A DNA stretch of 64,000 bases from an uncultured Gammaproteobacteria bacterium (GTDB lineage Bacteria; Patescibacteriota; Microgenomatia; JAMCZE01), in NCBI GenBank assembly GCA_964576435.1, contig CAZNUP010000001.1:378259-442258 (forward strand). The letters are read 5' to 3'. The position numbers were made by a program, and so were the translations under genes. The notes under the pieces were generated by a model that did not search any database, was not told the DNA's origin, and saw only the letters and a program-made list of their open reading frames with translations. Positions within the stretch are counted from its first letter, which is position 1, and every line of letters begins with the position of its first letter. Shown one piece after another: positions 19,015 through 27,851 of the stretch.

Positions 19015-19437
19015 ATGAAAGTTAAAACAGCATCTTTCAAAGAAACCCAAAAAACAGGGGAGGGGATAGGGGAAAATTTAAAAAATGGCGGCATTGTTTG
19101 CTTGTATGGCGATATGGGAGCAGGGAAGACAACTTTAACTCAAGGGATTGCTAAAGGTTTAGGAGTTAAACAAAACATAATTAGCCCAACCTTTATATTA
19201 ATGCGTAGATATGAAGTAGGGGACAATTTTCTTTATCATATTGACCTATACAGATTAAATGATTTAGAAGAGGCGAGGGGACTAGGCATTGATGAAATTT
19301 TAGCTAATCCAAAAAACATAGTTATAATAGAGTGGCCCGAAAAAATTGAATCACGTCTCCCCCGCCAAAGGATTGAAGTTAAACTAACTGGTATTTCTGA
19401 AAACGAAAGGGAAATTGAATATGAAACTTTACATTAA
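19015..19437 (+). CDS. tsaE: tRNA threonylcarbamoyladenosine biosynthesis ATPase TsaE
   Basis: Walker A 'GDMGAGKTTLTQGIAKGLG' and 'SPTFILMRRY'. ~140 aa, typical TsaE. Confidence 0.85.
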   Translation: MKVKTASFKETQKTGEGIGENLKNGGIVCLYGDMGAGKTTLTQGIAKGLGVKQNIISPTFILMRRYEVGDNFLYHIDLYRLNDLEEARGLGIDEILANPKNIVIIEWPEKIESRLPRQRIEVKLTGISENEREIEYETLH

Positions 19438-19726
19438 TACCGGTTCCAATGAAAAAACTATCGTCCGTCTTGACGACCTAGAGTTAGGTGAAGATTCTAG
19501 AATTGAACATTCTCAAGTTGTTCTTCCAATGATTAAAGAGCTCTTGGCTAAAGAAAATAAAAAACTAGAAGACTTAACTGAAATCGAAGTTTTTGAGGGT
19601 CCGGGAAGTTTTACAGGACTACGAGTTGGCGCTGCAATTGCCAATGCTTTAGGTTATGCCTTAAAAATACCGGTAAATGGCAAAAAACCTTGGGAAATGG
19701 AAATTGTAGAGCCAGTTTATGAGTGA
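19415..19726 (+). CDS. tsaB: TsaB (YeaZ)-like, short form
   Basis: 'LYINTGSNEKTIVRLDD...EGPGSFTGLRVGAAIANALGYALKIP' matches the TsaB/YeaZ N-terminal ASKHA half. Truncated relative to canonical TsaB. Overlaps the tsaE end. Confidence 0.6.
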   Translation: MNMKLYINTGSNEKTIVRLDDLELGEDSRIEHSQVVLPMIKELLAKENKKLEDLTEIEVFEGPGSFTGLRVGAAIANALGYALKIPVNGKKPWEMEIVEPVYE

Positions 19727-19729
19727 AAA

Positions 19730-21019
19730 TTAAGCAACGTAAGCTCTTAACTTTGCATTTTCACCTTTTCCTTGAACTTCATCTACAGATTTCTTCAATA
19801 AATCGCAACCTTTAATTAGGTCTTCTTGAGATATTGTAAGTGCTGGCATCAATTGAATCACGCCATCATCTCCGTAGATAACATCTAGCCCATTAGACCT
19901 ACATTTTTCAGCAACTACACTGGCTAATTCGGGGTTAGAAATTTTTGTTTCTGCCGCTTTGACAAACTGCAAACCTATCTCAAGCCCCTGGCCCCGCACA
20001 TCACCAATAAGTTTATTGTCTTTAAATCTATCCTTTAACTCTTTCATCAAGATTTCCCCTTTAGATTTAGATTGTTCCCAAGTTTTTTCTCTTTTGTGAA
20101 TTTTAAGAGTTTCCAGCCCGGCGGCACAGCTTAGTGGGGTCCATCCAAATGTGGAAATAAGAAAACAGTCTCCCATTGTGTCTTCAGCTATTTTCTTTTT
20201 CATTGCAACTGCACCAAGTGGTGCTGCCCCATTAGAGATTCCCTTAGCAAATGTTGCAATATCAGGAACAAAGTCTTTTTCTAAATACATTCCAAACATT
20301 TCTCCACACCTTCCAAATCCAGTTCCAACTTCATCTAAAATTAGAACCACACCATATTTTTTAGTAAGTCTTGAAAGGACACTTAAATAACCTTTTGGGG
20401 CAACTAGTGCCGATCCCCACCCAGTTATCATTCCTGCTTCAGTTATAACAGCAGCAAAGGTTTCCTCTTTTAAGATTGATTCAAGTTTAATAGAAAAATC
20501 TTCAAGTATTTCCTGTTCGGTTTTATCCGAATGAAACACTGAGGGGAATTCCATTTGTACGAATTCATTTGGTATTTTGCCAAGTCTTTTTAGAAATTCT
20601 CTGGGAACCCCAAGTGATAACTCGGTGAATGACTCTCCATTATAAGATGGAGTAAAGGCAAGAATTTTCTCTTTACCTGTGTAAGCTCTTGCGAGTTTTA
20701 TTGCTTGTTCGTTTGCTTCCGTCCCTCCCGTGCATCTGGAAAAAGTATTTAGTTCTTGTGGAAGTTCTGATGCTAGGGCGTCTGCATAATCTTGAATAAT
20801 TGGATTCGGTTCCCACATTGGTGAGTATGGGTTTTCTTTAGCTTGTTTAGCAACAGCAGCATTTACCTCAGGGTGGTTCCATCCTAAATTAGTAACATTC
20901 CAACCAGAGGTAAAATCTAAATACCTTTTACCATTTACATCCCAAATGTGTGAACCTTTTGCTTTTGCAAATTCAAAGTGCCAGTCACCGAAAACAACTT
21001 TTCCCTGAAGCATGTCCAA
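19730..21019 (-). CDS. Class-III (acetylornithine/GABA-type) PLP-dependent aminotransferase
   Basis: 'DEVGTGFGRCGEMF' and PLP-Lys context 'TFAKGISNG'. Class III fold. Substrate not assignable. Confidence 0.85.
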   Translation of the reverse strand: MDMLQGKVVFGDWHFEFAKAKGSHIWDVNGKRYLDFTSGWNVTNLGWNHPEVNAAVAKQAKENPYSPMWEPNPIIQDYADALASELPQELNTFSRCTGGTEANEQAIKLARAYTGKEKILAFTPSYNGESFTELSLGVPREFLKRLGKIPNEFVQMEFPSVFHSDKTEQEILEDFSIKLESILKEETFAAVITEAGMITGWGSALVAPKGYLSVLSRLTKKYGVVLILDEVGTGFGRCGEMFGMYLEKDFVPDIATFAKGISNGAAPLGAVAMKKKIAEDTMGDCFLISTFGWTPLSCAAGLETLKIHKREKTWEQSKSKGEILMKELKDRFKDNKLIGDVRGQGLEIGLQFVKAAETKISNPELASVVAEKCRSNGLDVIYGDDGVIQLMPALTISQEDLIKGCDLLKKSVDEVQGKGENAKLRAYVA

Positions 21020-21129
21020 ATATTACATCACAAAGAATAGATTTAAAATAGTTATAAAACCGCTCTTGCAATTTATCATATAAAACTGTATCATCCATTT
21101 AATTCTCTGCCCAAGAATTTATTAAACCT

Positions 21130-21483
21130 ATGGCAGACGAAACAACTCTTCCAGAACCAAAATCCGATACATCAGACATTTTGCGAAAAGTCGTGGCAGC
21201 AATTGTGGGTTTGATTGTAATTATTCTCATTGTTCTTGCTGCTAAATGGATTGGTGACAGGATTAGAGAAAGGTTTTTCCCAGGAACAATTACACCTACA
21301 CCAACTCCAGTTGTAACCATAACTCCAATCCCAACTGGCTATATTAGTCCAATGCCAACTAGAGTTCCAAGTTACTCACACATTCCAGCAACAGGAACTG
21401 AAGACTATATATATGTTCTCGTAGGACTCATGGCAATCGGAGGAACTTCCGCTCTAGTTCTTGCAAAAAAGAAAGCTCTATAG
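21130..21483 (+). CDS. Small Pro/Thr-rich surface protein with canonical C-terminal cell-wall-sorting-like signal (IPATG + hydrophobic + KKK)
   Basis: N-terminal TM/signal-anchor. PT linker 'TITPTPTPVVTITPIPTG'. C-terminus 'HIPATGTEDYIYVLVGLMAIGGTSALVLAKKKAL' is an LPXTG-like pentapeptide, then ~17 hydrophobic residues, then a basic tail. Confidence 0.55.
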   Translation: MADETTLPEPKSDTSDILRKVVAAIVGLIVIILIVLAAKWIGDRIRERFFPGTITPTPTPVVTITPIPTGYISPMPTRVPSYSHIPATGTEDYIYVLVGLMAIGGTSALVLAKKKAL

Positions 21484-21498
21484 TATCTTCCTTGACGT

Positions 21499-21909
21499 AT
21501 GTTTCTTGCCGAAAGTACTGTCAACACAAATGTAACAAGTAATGTTAATTCCTCACAAACTTCAACGGGTGGTTCTTCCTCTCATACATCTATAACAACT
21601 ACAACAAATGGTGAAACAACACATATTGAAAGTAACGAACAAGGCTCAATTCATGTTGAAACAATAAATGGTGAAACTACTGTTAAAACTAGTCCAGGTA
21701 TGAAAGTGGAAGTTAAAAAAGGTGAAGCAAAAGTTGAAGACAATCTTAAACCCACTCCAAAAGCCAGCAGTTCTCCAGAAGTTAAAGGTGTCGCAACTAT
21801 AAATACTGAAGATGTTAAATCAGAGACAAAAGAGGTAAAACAAAATATTTTAGAACAGATTAAAGAAATGTTTGAAAACTTCTTTAAAAAGCTGCAGTTT
21901 CCTAGTTGA
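21499..21909 (+). CDS. Ser/Thr-rich hypothetical protein (no signal peptide detected)
   Basis: ORF with low-complexity S/T/N composition like its neighbours. Start uncertain. Confidence 0.3.
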   Translation: MFLAESTVNTNVTSNVNSSQTSTGGSSSHTSITTTTNGETTHIESNEQGSIHVETINGETTVKTSPGMKVEVKKGEAKVEDNLKPTPKASSSPEVKGVATINTEDVKSETKEVKQNILEQIKEMFENFFKKLQFPS

Positions 21910-21964
21910 CACATTTAGAATTGGCTTGTATCATTGCGTTTAACTTCTGCCCAAAAGTTTTTTT

Positions 21965-22687
21965 ATGAAAACTCGAAGGGCAACCACTATTACTTTAGAA
22001 ATTCCCCAAAATCCAATTCCTGAAATTCTTTCAATGGTTCAAGACTTTGCTTCTGACACTCAAAGTAAAGGCTCAAACATTATTTCAAATATAAAATCAA
22101 AACTTTCTTCCGGAAGAAACGGAAATAAATTTAAAAACTACCTCCCTATTGTTATTGTTGCCATAGTTGCTCTTGGAGCAATTTTCTTCGTCGGCAAATT
22201 TATAACTTCAGCAATTGCGAACTCACACGCTAATTCAGTAGATAATAGAGTTGAGTTGAAAGGTCCAAGAGCAAAAATGACCGTTAATAAAACTTTTGAA
22301 TTCCCTCTTAAAGATGATAAAGGAAAGACAATCGCCACTCTCAAATTCTTATTAGGTGACGCTGAACTTCGAGACGAAATAATTCTCCAAGGACAAAAAG
22401 CAGTTGCTGTAAAAGGTAGAACTTATTTAATAACCACAATTAAATTAACAAATAGTTCTGACAAATTTATTCAAATGAAAGTCAGAAACTATGTAAGACT
22501 TAATGTCAACGGTAATAAAGATGAATGGTTGGCTGCTGAAATTCATAACGATCCAGTTGAAGTGCAACCAGAATCCACAAAACAAACTCGTCTTGGATTT
22601 CCAATTAACGACACAGATAAAGATTTAATCCTAAGAGTTGGTGATCTTGAAGGCAAGAAAGAATCCATTCCCCTAAACTTTAACTAA
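21965..22687 (+). CDS. Membrane-anchored hypothetical protein with extracytoplasmic beta-rich (DUF4352-like) domain
   Basis: Cytoplasmic N-terminus, TM 'LPIVIVAIVALGAIFFVGKFI', then a ~150-aa domain 'LKGPRAKMTVNKTFEF...YLITTIKLTN'. Confidence 0.5.
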   Translation: MKTRRATTITLEIPQNPIPEILSMVQDFASDTQSKGSNIISNIKSKLSSGRNGNKFKNYLPIVIVAIVALGAIFFVGKFITSAIANSHANSVDNRVELKGPRAKMTVNKTFEFPLKDDKGKTIATLKFLLGDAELRDEIILQGQKAVAVKGRTYLITTIKLTNSSDKFIQMKVRNYVRLNVNGNKDEWLAAEIHNDPVEVQPESTKQTRLGFPINDTDKDLILRVGDLEGKKESIPLNFN

Positions 22688-22691
22688 GTTT

Positions 22692-22877
22692 ATGCAAGGA
22701 CAATCTAAAAAACCATCATTAAACGACGAAATACAAGCCGCTCTCCAAAATATCCGTTTCGGTAGTGTTGAAATCTACATTCAAGATGGAGTTGTCACCC
22801 AAGTAACTGCAAGAAATATTAAGAAGACAAAATTTGAAATTTCTAAAGATTTAAAACCGGCCAAGAGTAAAAGTTAG
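22692..22877 (+). CDS. DUF2292/YezD-like small protein
   Basis: 'IRFGSVEIYIQDGVVTQVTARNIKKTKF' matches the YezD (DUF2292) core 'YGSV.I.IQDGKVVQIE'. Confidence 0.5.
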   Translation: MQGQSKKPSLNDEIQAALQNIRFGSVEIYIQDGVVTQVTARNIKKTKFEISKDLKPAKSKS

Positions 22878-22970
22878 AGGATAGATTTGACATATTGACA
22901 AAGCTATTTTCAAATTGTAAAACTGTTTACAAGTAAATATAGTATAAATATTTAGGACGTCTACCGCAAA

Positions 22971-23040
22971 CGGAGACTTCTTTATCTGAAATTCATAGAA
23001 AATCTATTGAAGATTCAGGTCAGGAAGCCTCCGTTTTTTT
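22971..23040 (+). promoter_or_regulatory. Long leader hairpin plus U7 (intrinsic-terminator-like) upstream of the repeat-protein gene; attenuator or upstream-operon terminator
   Basis: CGGAGACTTC...(43-nt loop with internal pairing)...GAAGCCTCCG followed by TTTTTTT. Candidate promoter TTGACA-17-TAAAAC lies upstream at about 22900-22934. A CCCGATCGGG palindrome sits at 23064-23073. Confidence 0.4.
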
Positions 23041-23128
23041 ATTTTATTTGTCGCGAAGATCAACCCGATCGGGAGTGACAAATAAAAGGACGGAAAGGAA
23101 AAAAATTGAAAGGGGGTGAATCGATAAA

Positions 23129-24358
23129 ATGACAAACTTTAAAAAACAATTAGTAGGTGCTCTCGCAACCGGCCTCTTGGTCGCCAATATTTTGGCCCCA
23201 GTCGCCTATGCAGAAGATGGAATCCATCTTGAAGTGAGTGGAAATGGAGCAAAATCCGATTCCACAATCAACGCAGCTGTTTCAAACACTACTGCCGTTA
23301 CCCAAAGTAACGTAGCTAATGTCACAAACAATGTTGATTCAACATCCAATAGCGGAGGAAACAAGGCTAGTGGAAACACTTCTGGAGACGTTTTAATCAA
23401 GACTGGTAAAGCTACATCTAATGTAGAAGTCGCCAATAACTTGAACACAAACGTAGCCAATGTTGATTGCTGCGGAGCCACTTCCACTAACGTTACTATT
23501 TCTGGAAATGGAAAGAAATCAGATAATGATGTAAACCTTTCACAGACCAATGCTAACGTTGTTGCACAAACAAATGAAGCAAACGTCTTAAACAACGTTG
23601 ATTCAAAAGCAAACAGTGGAAAAAACAAAGCTAATGCAAACACTGGAGGCGATGTCACAGTTGTGACAGGAGCAGCCACTGCAGGAGCCGATGTTTCCAC
23701 ACATGCTAATACTAATGTTGCAAACATTGGTGGAGGACATATGGGAGATGAAGGAGAAGTTTCCTTGATCATCTCAGGAAATGGAGAGAAGTCAGACAAT
23801 GATATTGCCTTGGCACTCTCTAACGCTAATTCACTCATTCAAGCAAACGAAGCTAACGTCACTAATGACGTTGATGCAAAAGCTAATTCAGGATACAACA
23901 AAGCCAACGCTAATACCGGAGGCGAAGTTGCAATCTTAACTGGAAAAGCAGACGCAATGGTCGGAGTTGACAATGATGTTAACTTTAACTGGGCAGACGT
24001 TGATTGCGGATGTGTTACCGATTTGAAAGCTAAAGTAGCTGGAAATGGCAAAGAATCTGACAATGATATCAATGCCTCACTCGTTAATACTAAGTTAGCT
24101 GAACAAGTGAATGCAGCAGCTCTACAAAATAATGTAGACGCAAAAGCCAAATCTGGTTGGAATAAAGCAAACGATAACACCGGATCAGTTGAAGGAAGTG
24201 ATCCAGCTATCTTAACTGGGGATTCGTCCTCAAACACAGAAGTTGGAAATTCCAGTAACTGGAACGTGTTTGGAAATGGAGAACTTACTCCTTTGCCAGA
24301 ATTCGACTTTGATTTTGACTGGAGTACATTCATGTTCTGGATGGTTCAACATTCATAA
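23129..24358 (+). CDS. Secreted tandem-repeat surface protein (novel 'SGNG...NSGxNKxNxNTGG' repeat family, ~89-aa period, Cys-pair junction motifs)
   Basis: Strong SD (AAGGGGGTG). Signal peptide 'LLVANILAPVAYA'. Four repeats start at aa 37, 125, 216 and 305, each with '[IV]SGNGxKSD.....N.VD..ANSG.NKANANTGG[DE]V.[IV].TG'. Cys motifs 'VDCCGATS' and 'VDCGCVTD' sit at repeat junctions. Confidence 0.75.
   Translation: MTNFKKQLVGALATGLLVANILAPVAYAEDGIHLEVSGNGAKSDSTINAAVSNTTAVTQSNVANVTNNVDSTSNSGGNKASGNTSGDVLIKTGKATSNVEVANNLNTNVANVDCCGATSTNVTISGNGKKSDNDVNLSQTNANVVAQTNEANVLNNVDSKANSGKNKANANTGGDVTVVTGAATAGADVSTHANTNVANIGGGHMGDEGEVSLIISGNGEKSDNDIALALSNANSLIQANEANVTNDVDAKANSGYNKANANTGGEVAILTGKADAMVGVDNDVNFNWADVDCGCVTDLKAKVAGNGKESDNDINASLVNTKLAEQVNAAALQNNVDAKAKSGWNKANDNTGSVEGSDPAILTGDSSSNTEVGNSSNWNVFGNGELTPLPEFDFDFDWSTFMFWMVQHS
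23225..24280 (+). repeat. Four ~267-nt coding tandem repeats inside the 23129-24358 gene
   Basis: Periodicity of the SGNG/NTGG motif blocks in the translated protein. The nucleotide level is diverged (not identical copies). Confidence 0.6.
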
Positions 24359-24372
24359 CTGAAATCTCAAAC

Positions 24373-24418
24373 TTCGTAAGGGTCTTTGCTTGAGCACTTC
24401 AGGCAAAGCCCCTACGAA
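24373..24418 (+). terminator. Strong stem-loop (16-17 bp near-perfect inverted repeat) downstream of repeat-protein gene; candidate terminator without U-tract
   Basis: TTCGTAAGGGTCTTTGC - 13-nt loop - GCAAAGCCCCTACGAA. Starts 15 nt after the stop codon at 24358. Confidence 0.4.
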
Positions 24419-24447
24419 ATAGAGAAAAATAAAATTAAAACTAGATA

Positions 24448-26679
24448 ATGAAAAATCTTAAAAATAAAATTACAAAATCGCTAAGCATACTATTAATTGT
24501 GATTCTCTTTTTGGGTCACATGTCTCCCCTTGCTGTTTTAGCAGAAGAAGGAACACCAACGCCAGAGCCCACTCAACAAGTTCAACAAGAAGCAACACCA
24601 ACTCCTCAACCTGAAGCAACTCAAATACCAGCACCTGTTGCAACACCAGTTGCACCAACCACGCCAACAGCACCAGTAACTCCTGTAGCACCAACTAACC
24701 CAAATCCAGTTGTTGTAGCACCAGTAACTCCAGTGGCTCCAGTAGCGCCAAGTAATTCAAATAATAATTCAAATAACGAAGAATCTAAAAATAAAGAGGC
24801 CAATAAAGAGAAGAAAAGATCAGAAAATAAATCCAACAACAATAGTGGTGGAAACGTTGGTGATACAACTGTAAATACTGGTAGCACAAATACTAACGGA
24901 GCAATCGTAACAGATGCTAATTCAAATCTTGCTGGCACAAACGGAGGATCAACAAATGGAGTAAGTATCGTAAATGCAAATAATGGCCAGGCTTCAGACA
25001 ATAGTGGTTCAGCGTCAGTTGTTAACAACGACAATACCAATCAAAACAACAATGCCAACGTTTCAAACGGACTTAGTCTAAGTTCTGATTCCGGAAGTAA
25101 CAAAAGTAATGGCAATGTTGGTGATACAACTATTAAAACTGGAGATTCAAATGTTTCAGGAACAATAATCACAGCAGTGAACACAAATGTTGACGGCGTC
25201 ATGGTCTCAGAATTTAATATCGCTGATGATCACGTTGGAGACATCGTCTTAGACTTTGGTGCAAATTGTGTCTCTGGTTGTGGTAACAGCAACGTATCAG
25301 CAAACAACACAGGTAATGGAGCAAATTCAAATAATACGGCCAATTCTGATTTAACAAACAACACAAACACTTTCCAAAATAATGACGCCAATGTTGGTAA
25401 TGACCTTGTCTTGTCAGCAAATAGTGGGAACAACAAGGCTAACGCAAATACTGGTGGAGATAGTTCCATTCAAACTGGCGACGCGAATGTTTCAGGAAAC
25501 GTTCTGACAATGGCTAACAACAATTTTGCAGGGAATGTCGTTTACGGGGTAGTCAACATTTATGGAGATCTTCATGGAGATATCGTTTTCCCAGAAGAAC
25601 AAATGACAGGTTGTTGTGGAACTGGAAGTCTCGCTGCAAACAATATTGGCAATGGATCCAATTCAACAAATTCTGCTAATGGAAGTGCAACCAACAATAA
25701 CAACACGACACAAAACAATAACGCCAATATTACAAACACACTTGATCTAGATGCAGTTACTGGAGACAATAAATTGAATGCAAATACTGGTGGTAATTCC
25801 GAAGTCACAACAGGCAACACCAATGTTCAAGCCAATGTCTTGAATGTCGCCAACAATAATCTTGATGGCGGTAATATGTGGCTTGTCTTAATTAACGACG
25901 CAGGTAAATGGATTGGTAAATTAGTTGGAGCCGATGGAAATATGGCTGCTTCTGGTGGAACAGTTCTAACAGTTGACGAAAATGGTCAGATAACTGCTTC
26001 CAATAACGGAAATGGTAGCGGTTCAACAAATTCAACAGATGGTAGTGTCACAAACAACAACAATACGACTCAAAACAATAATGCCAACATAAATAACAAT
26101 GTTAACCTCTCAGCAAATACAGGTGGCAATTCAACAAGTTATAACACTGGGGGAGATAATGCAATTCAAACTGGAGATGCCAATATCATTGTTAACATGG
26201 TTAACTTTGTAAACAATAATATTACTGGCAATGGAAAATTGTTTGTCACAGTCGTTAACGTATTTGGTAGTTGGACTGGTGATTTCTTAACACCAGGACA
26301 AAAGAAAGAATCAAAGCCAGCTGCTCAAACTGTAGCTAACTCACAAAGTTCACAGTCAACAAATAATAGTAATCAAACACAGCAAGAACAAAGTTCGGTA
26401 CTTGGTTGGACACAGACTAATACACAAACAACACAAACTGTAAAAACAACTCAAACAAATCCTGCTGGCGGAGTACTCTCTTTCTTTGCTGGAGCACAAA
26501 ATAAAACTAACACTTTGAAAGAATCTGTTGGAGTTAAAGATGCAAAAATCACTAAATCTTCTAAATCAAAAGTAAAAATAAACTTGGCATGGTTGATTTT
26601 GGCTTTGCCATTTGCTATACTCTTCCTGTTAAGGAAAAGAGTGGCTCAAGTAGTCACCAAAATGACCGCTCTTCTCTAA
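24448..26679 (+). CDS. Large secreted N/S/T-rich repeat protein of the same 'NKxNxNTGG' family, Pro/Thr-rich N-terminal linker, C-terminal TM + basic tail
   Basis: Signal peptide 'ILLIVILFLGHMSPLAVLA'. 'PTPEPTQQ...TPVAPTTPTAPVTPVAPT' linker. At least 5 repeats 'SxNKxN.NTGGDSSIQTGDANVSGNVLTMANNNFAGN'. Cys motifs 'GANCVSGCG' and 'MTGCCGTG'. C-terminus 'INLAWLILALPFAILFLLRKRVA'. Confidence 0.75.
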   Translation: MKNLKNKITKSLSILLIVILFLGHMSPLAVLAEEGTPTPEPTQQVQQEATPTPQPEATQIPAPVATPVAPTTPTAPVTPVAPTNPNPVVVAPVTPVAPVAPSNSNNNSNNEESKNKEANKEKKRSENKSNNNSGGNVGDTTVNTGSTNTNGAIVTDANSNLAGTNGGSTNGVSIVNANNGQASDNSGSASVVNNDNTNQNNNANVSNGLSLSSDSGSNKSNGNVGDTTIKTGDSNVSGTIITAVNTNVDGVMVSEFNIADDHVGDIVLDFGANCVSGCGNSNVSANNTGNGANSNNTANSDLTNNTNTFQNNDANVGNDLVLSANSGNNKANANTGGDSSIQTGDANVSGNVLTMANNNFAGNVVYGVVNIYGDLHGDIVFPEEQMTGCCGTGSLAANNIGNGSNSTNSANGSATNNNNTTQNNNANITNTLDLDAVTGDNKLNANTGGNSEVTTGNTNVQANVLNVANNNLDGGNMWLVLINDAGKWIGKLVGADGNMAASGGTVLTVDENGQITASNNGNGSGSTNSTDGSVTNNNNTTQNNNANINNNVNLSANTGGNSTSYNTGGDNAIQTGDANIIVNMVNFVNNNITGNGKLFVTVVNVFGSWTGDFLTPGQKKESKPAAQTVANSQSSQSTNNSNQTQQEQSSVLGWTQTNTQTTQTVKTTQTNPAGGVLSFFAGAQNKTNTLKESVGVKDAKITKSSKSKVKINLAWLILALPFAILFLLRKRVAQVVTKMTALL

Positions 26680-26703
26680 CACTCCTGCCCCCAATTTATT
26701 TTA

Positions 26704-27273
26704 GTGCAAAAAACTCTTTTTACAATTTTTGCGTTCCTCTTAGTGTTAGCTCTTGTCAAAACCCAAGTACAAGCAATCGACTACAGTGTTGAAAATAATG
26801 GTGCCAACTCCCAAAACAACGTAAATGTTCAAAACACCAACAATAACTCCAATAGCCAAAGTAATACCACAAATATCACTAACAATGTAAATGCTAATGC
26901 AAATACAGGTGGCAACAGTGCTTCAGGTAATTCTGGAGACAGTACTATTATTACTGGCGATTCAACAGTTAGTATTTCCATAACTAATAATGGAAACGGC
27001 AACAATACTCAAACTGGTTGCTGTAAAACTCCTACGCCAACAAAAACACCAACTAAGGTTCCAACTCCAGATCCAACAGGCACTCCAAACTCAGGAGGAA
27101 GTAATGGAGGATCGTCTGGTGGAAGTAGTTCTGGTGGTAGTTCAGGAAGTTCTTCAAGTCCACAAGTCCTGGGCCTTTCTAAGACCGCAGGCACTCAAAA
27201 AGTTGACGTCGCATTCTATTTAGCTGGAATCTTATGCCTAGGTCTCGCCGGAAAAAGACTTCTAAAAAGTTAA
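26704..27273 (+). CDS. Small secreted repeat-family protein with PT linker and C-terminal 'LGLSKTAG'-TM-basic sorting-signal-like tail
   Basis: Signal peptide 'AFLLVLALVKTQVQA'. One 'ANANTGGNSASGNSGDSTIITGDSTV' repeat. 'TGCCKTPTPTKTPTKVPTPDPTGTP' linker. C-terminus 'VLGLSKTAGTQKVDVAFYLAGILCLGLAGKRLLKS'. Confidence 0.6.
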   Translation: MQKTLFTIFAFLLVLALVKTQVQAIDYSVENNGANSQNNVNVQNTNNNSNSQSNTTNITNNVNANANTGGNSASGNSGDSTIITGDSTVSISITNNGNGNNTQTGCCKTPTPTKTPTKVPTPDPTGTPNSGGSNGGSSGGSSSGGSSGSSSSPQVLGLSKTAGTQKVDVAFYLAGILCLGLAGKRLLKS

Positions 27274-27803
27274 CCCTCAAGGACTATCTGCCCATTCTCT
27301 TAATAGTAATTGGCCTAGTTCTATTAATGGTTCCCCTAGCAACGAAAAACATTGCTTCTGCTCAATCTAACCCTATAAAGATAAAATCAGAACTTCTTTC
27401 CAAAAAAGACACTAGGGAAGTCCCAATCAGGATTTTAGTCCCTAAATATAAAGTTGATCTTCCCATAATTGAAGCAAAAGTAGTAAATGGGTTGTGGGAA
27501 CTTTCAGAAACAACCGCCTCCCATGGTGTTGGATCGGCTAATCCCGGTGACAAAGGTAATATCGTTGTTTTTGCTCATGCAAGGGACGATCTATTTGGTC
27601 CAATTAGATATATTCAAAAAGATGACGAGATTTATCTTCTAACTAAAGATAAATGGCACAAATACAAAGTTGAGGAAACAAAGCTTGTTGACCCGAGTGA
27701 AGTGAAAGTAATTGCTCCCACCAAAAAAGAAACCCTGACTTTGTACACTTGTTCAGGATTTCTTGATTCCAAGAGGCTTATTGTTGTTGCAAAGCCATCT
27801 TAA
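27234..27803 (+). CDS. Sortase family transpeptidase (N-terminal signal-anchor; catalytic His/Cys/Arg present)
   Basis: Basic N-terminus plus TM. 'NIVVFAHARDD' (His), 'LTLYTCSG' (TLxTC Cys), 'RLIVVA' (Arg). Overlaps the upstream gene by 40 nt. Confidence 0.8.
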   Translation: MPRSRRKKTSKKLTLKDYLPILLIVIGLVLLMVPLATKNIASAQSNPIKIKSELLSKKDTREVPIRILVPKYKVDLPIIEAKVVNGLWELSETTASHGVGSANPGDKGNIVVFAHARDDLFGPIRYIQKDDEIYLLTKDKWHKYKVEETKLVDPSEVKVIAPTKKETLTLYTCSGFLDSKRLIVVAKPS

Positions 27804-27810
27804 TTGCTTG

Positions 27811-27838
27811 CCCCGGGGTCAGATTGCTGTTCCCGGGA
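27811..27838. terminator. GC-rich hairpin between convergent genes (sortase and repeat protein); candidate bidirectional terminator
   Basis: CCCCGGGG - 12 nt - TCCCGGGA gives a 7-bp G/C stem. A U-rich run follows on the + strand (AUCAGCUUUUAAGUUU). Confidence 0.4.
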
Positions 27839-27851
27839 TCAGCTTTTAAGT

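Noticed and set aside
23206-24333. Long antisense ORFs (23206-23838 and 23839-24333, minus strand) inside the repeat-protein gene
   Set aside because: They translate to low-complexity A/S/P/F text with no signal peptide or motif. They are an artefact of a stop-poor repetitive sequence. The + strand product has a signal peptide, an SD and family repeats.
24470-25823. Several minus-strand ORFs (24470-24694, 24621-25040, 25214-25469, 25572-25823) within the 24448-26679 gene
   Set aside because: Low-complexity antisense translations of an N/T/S-rich gene with no supporting signals.
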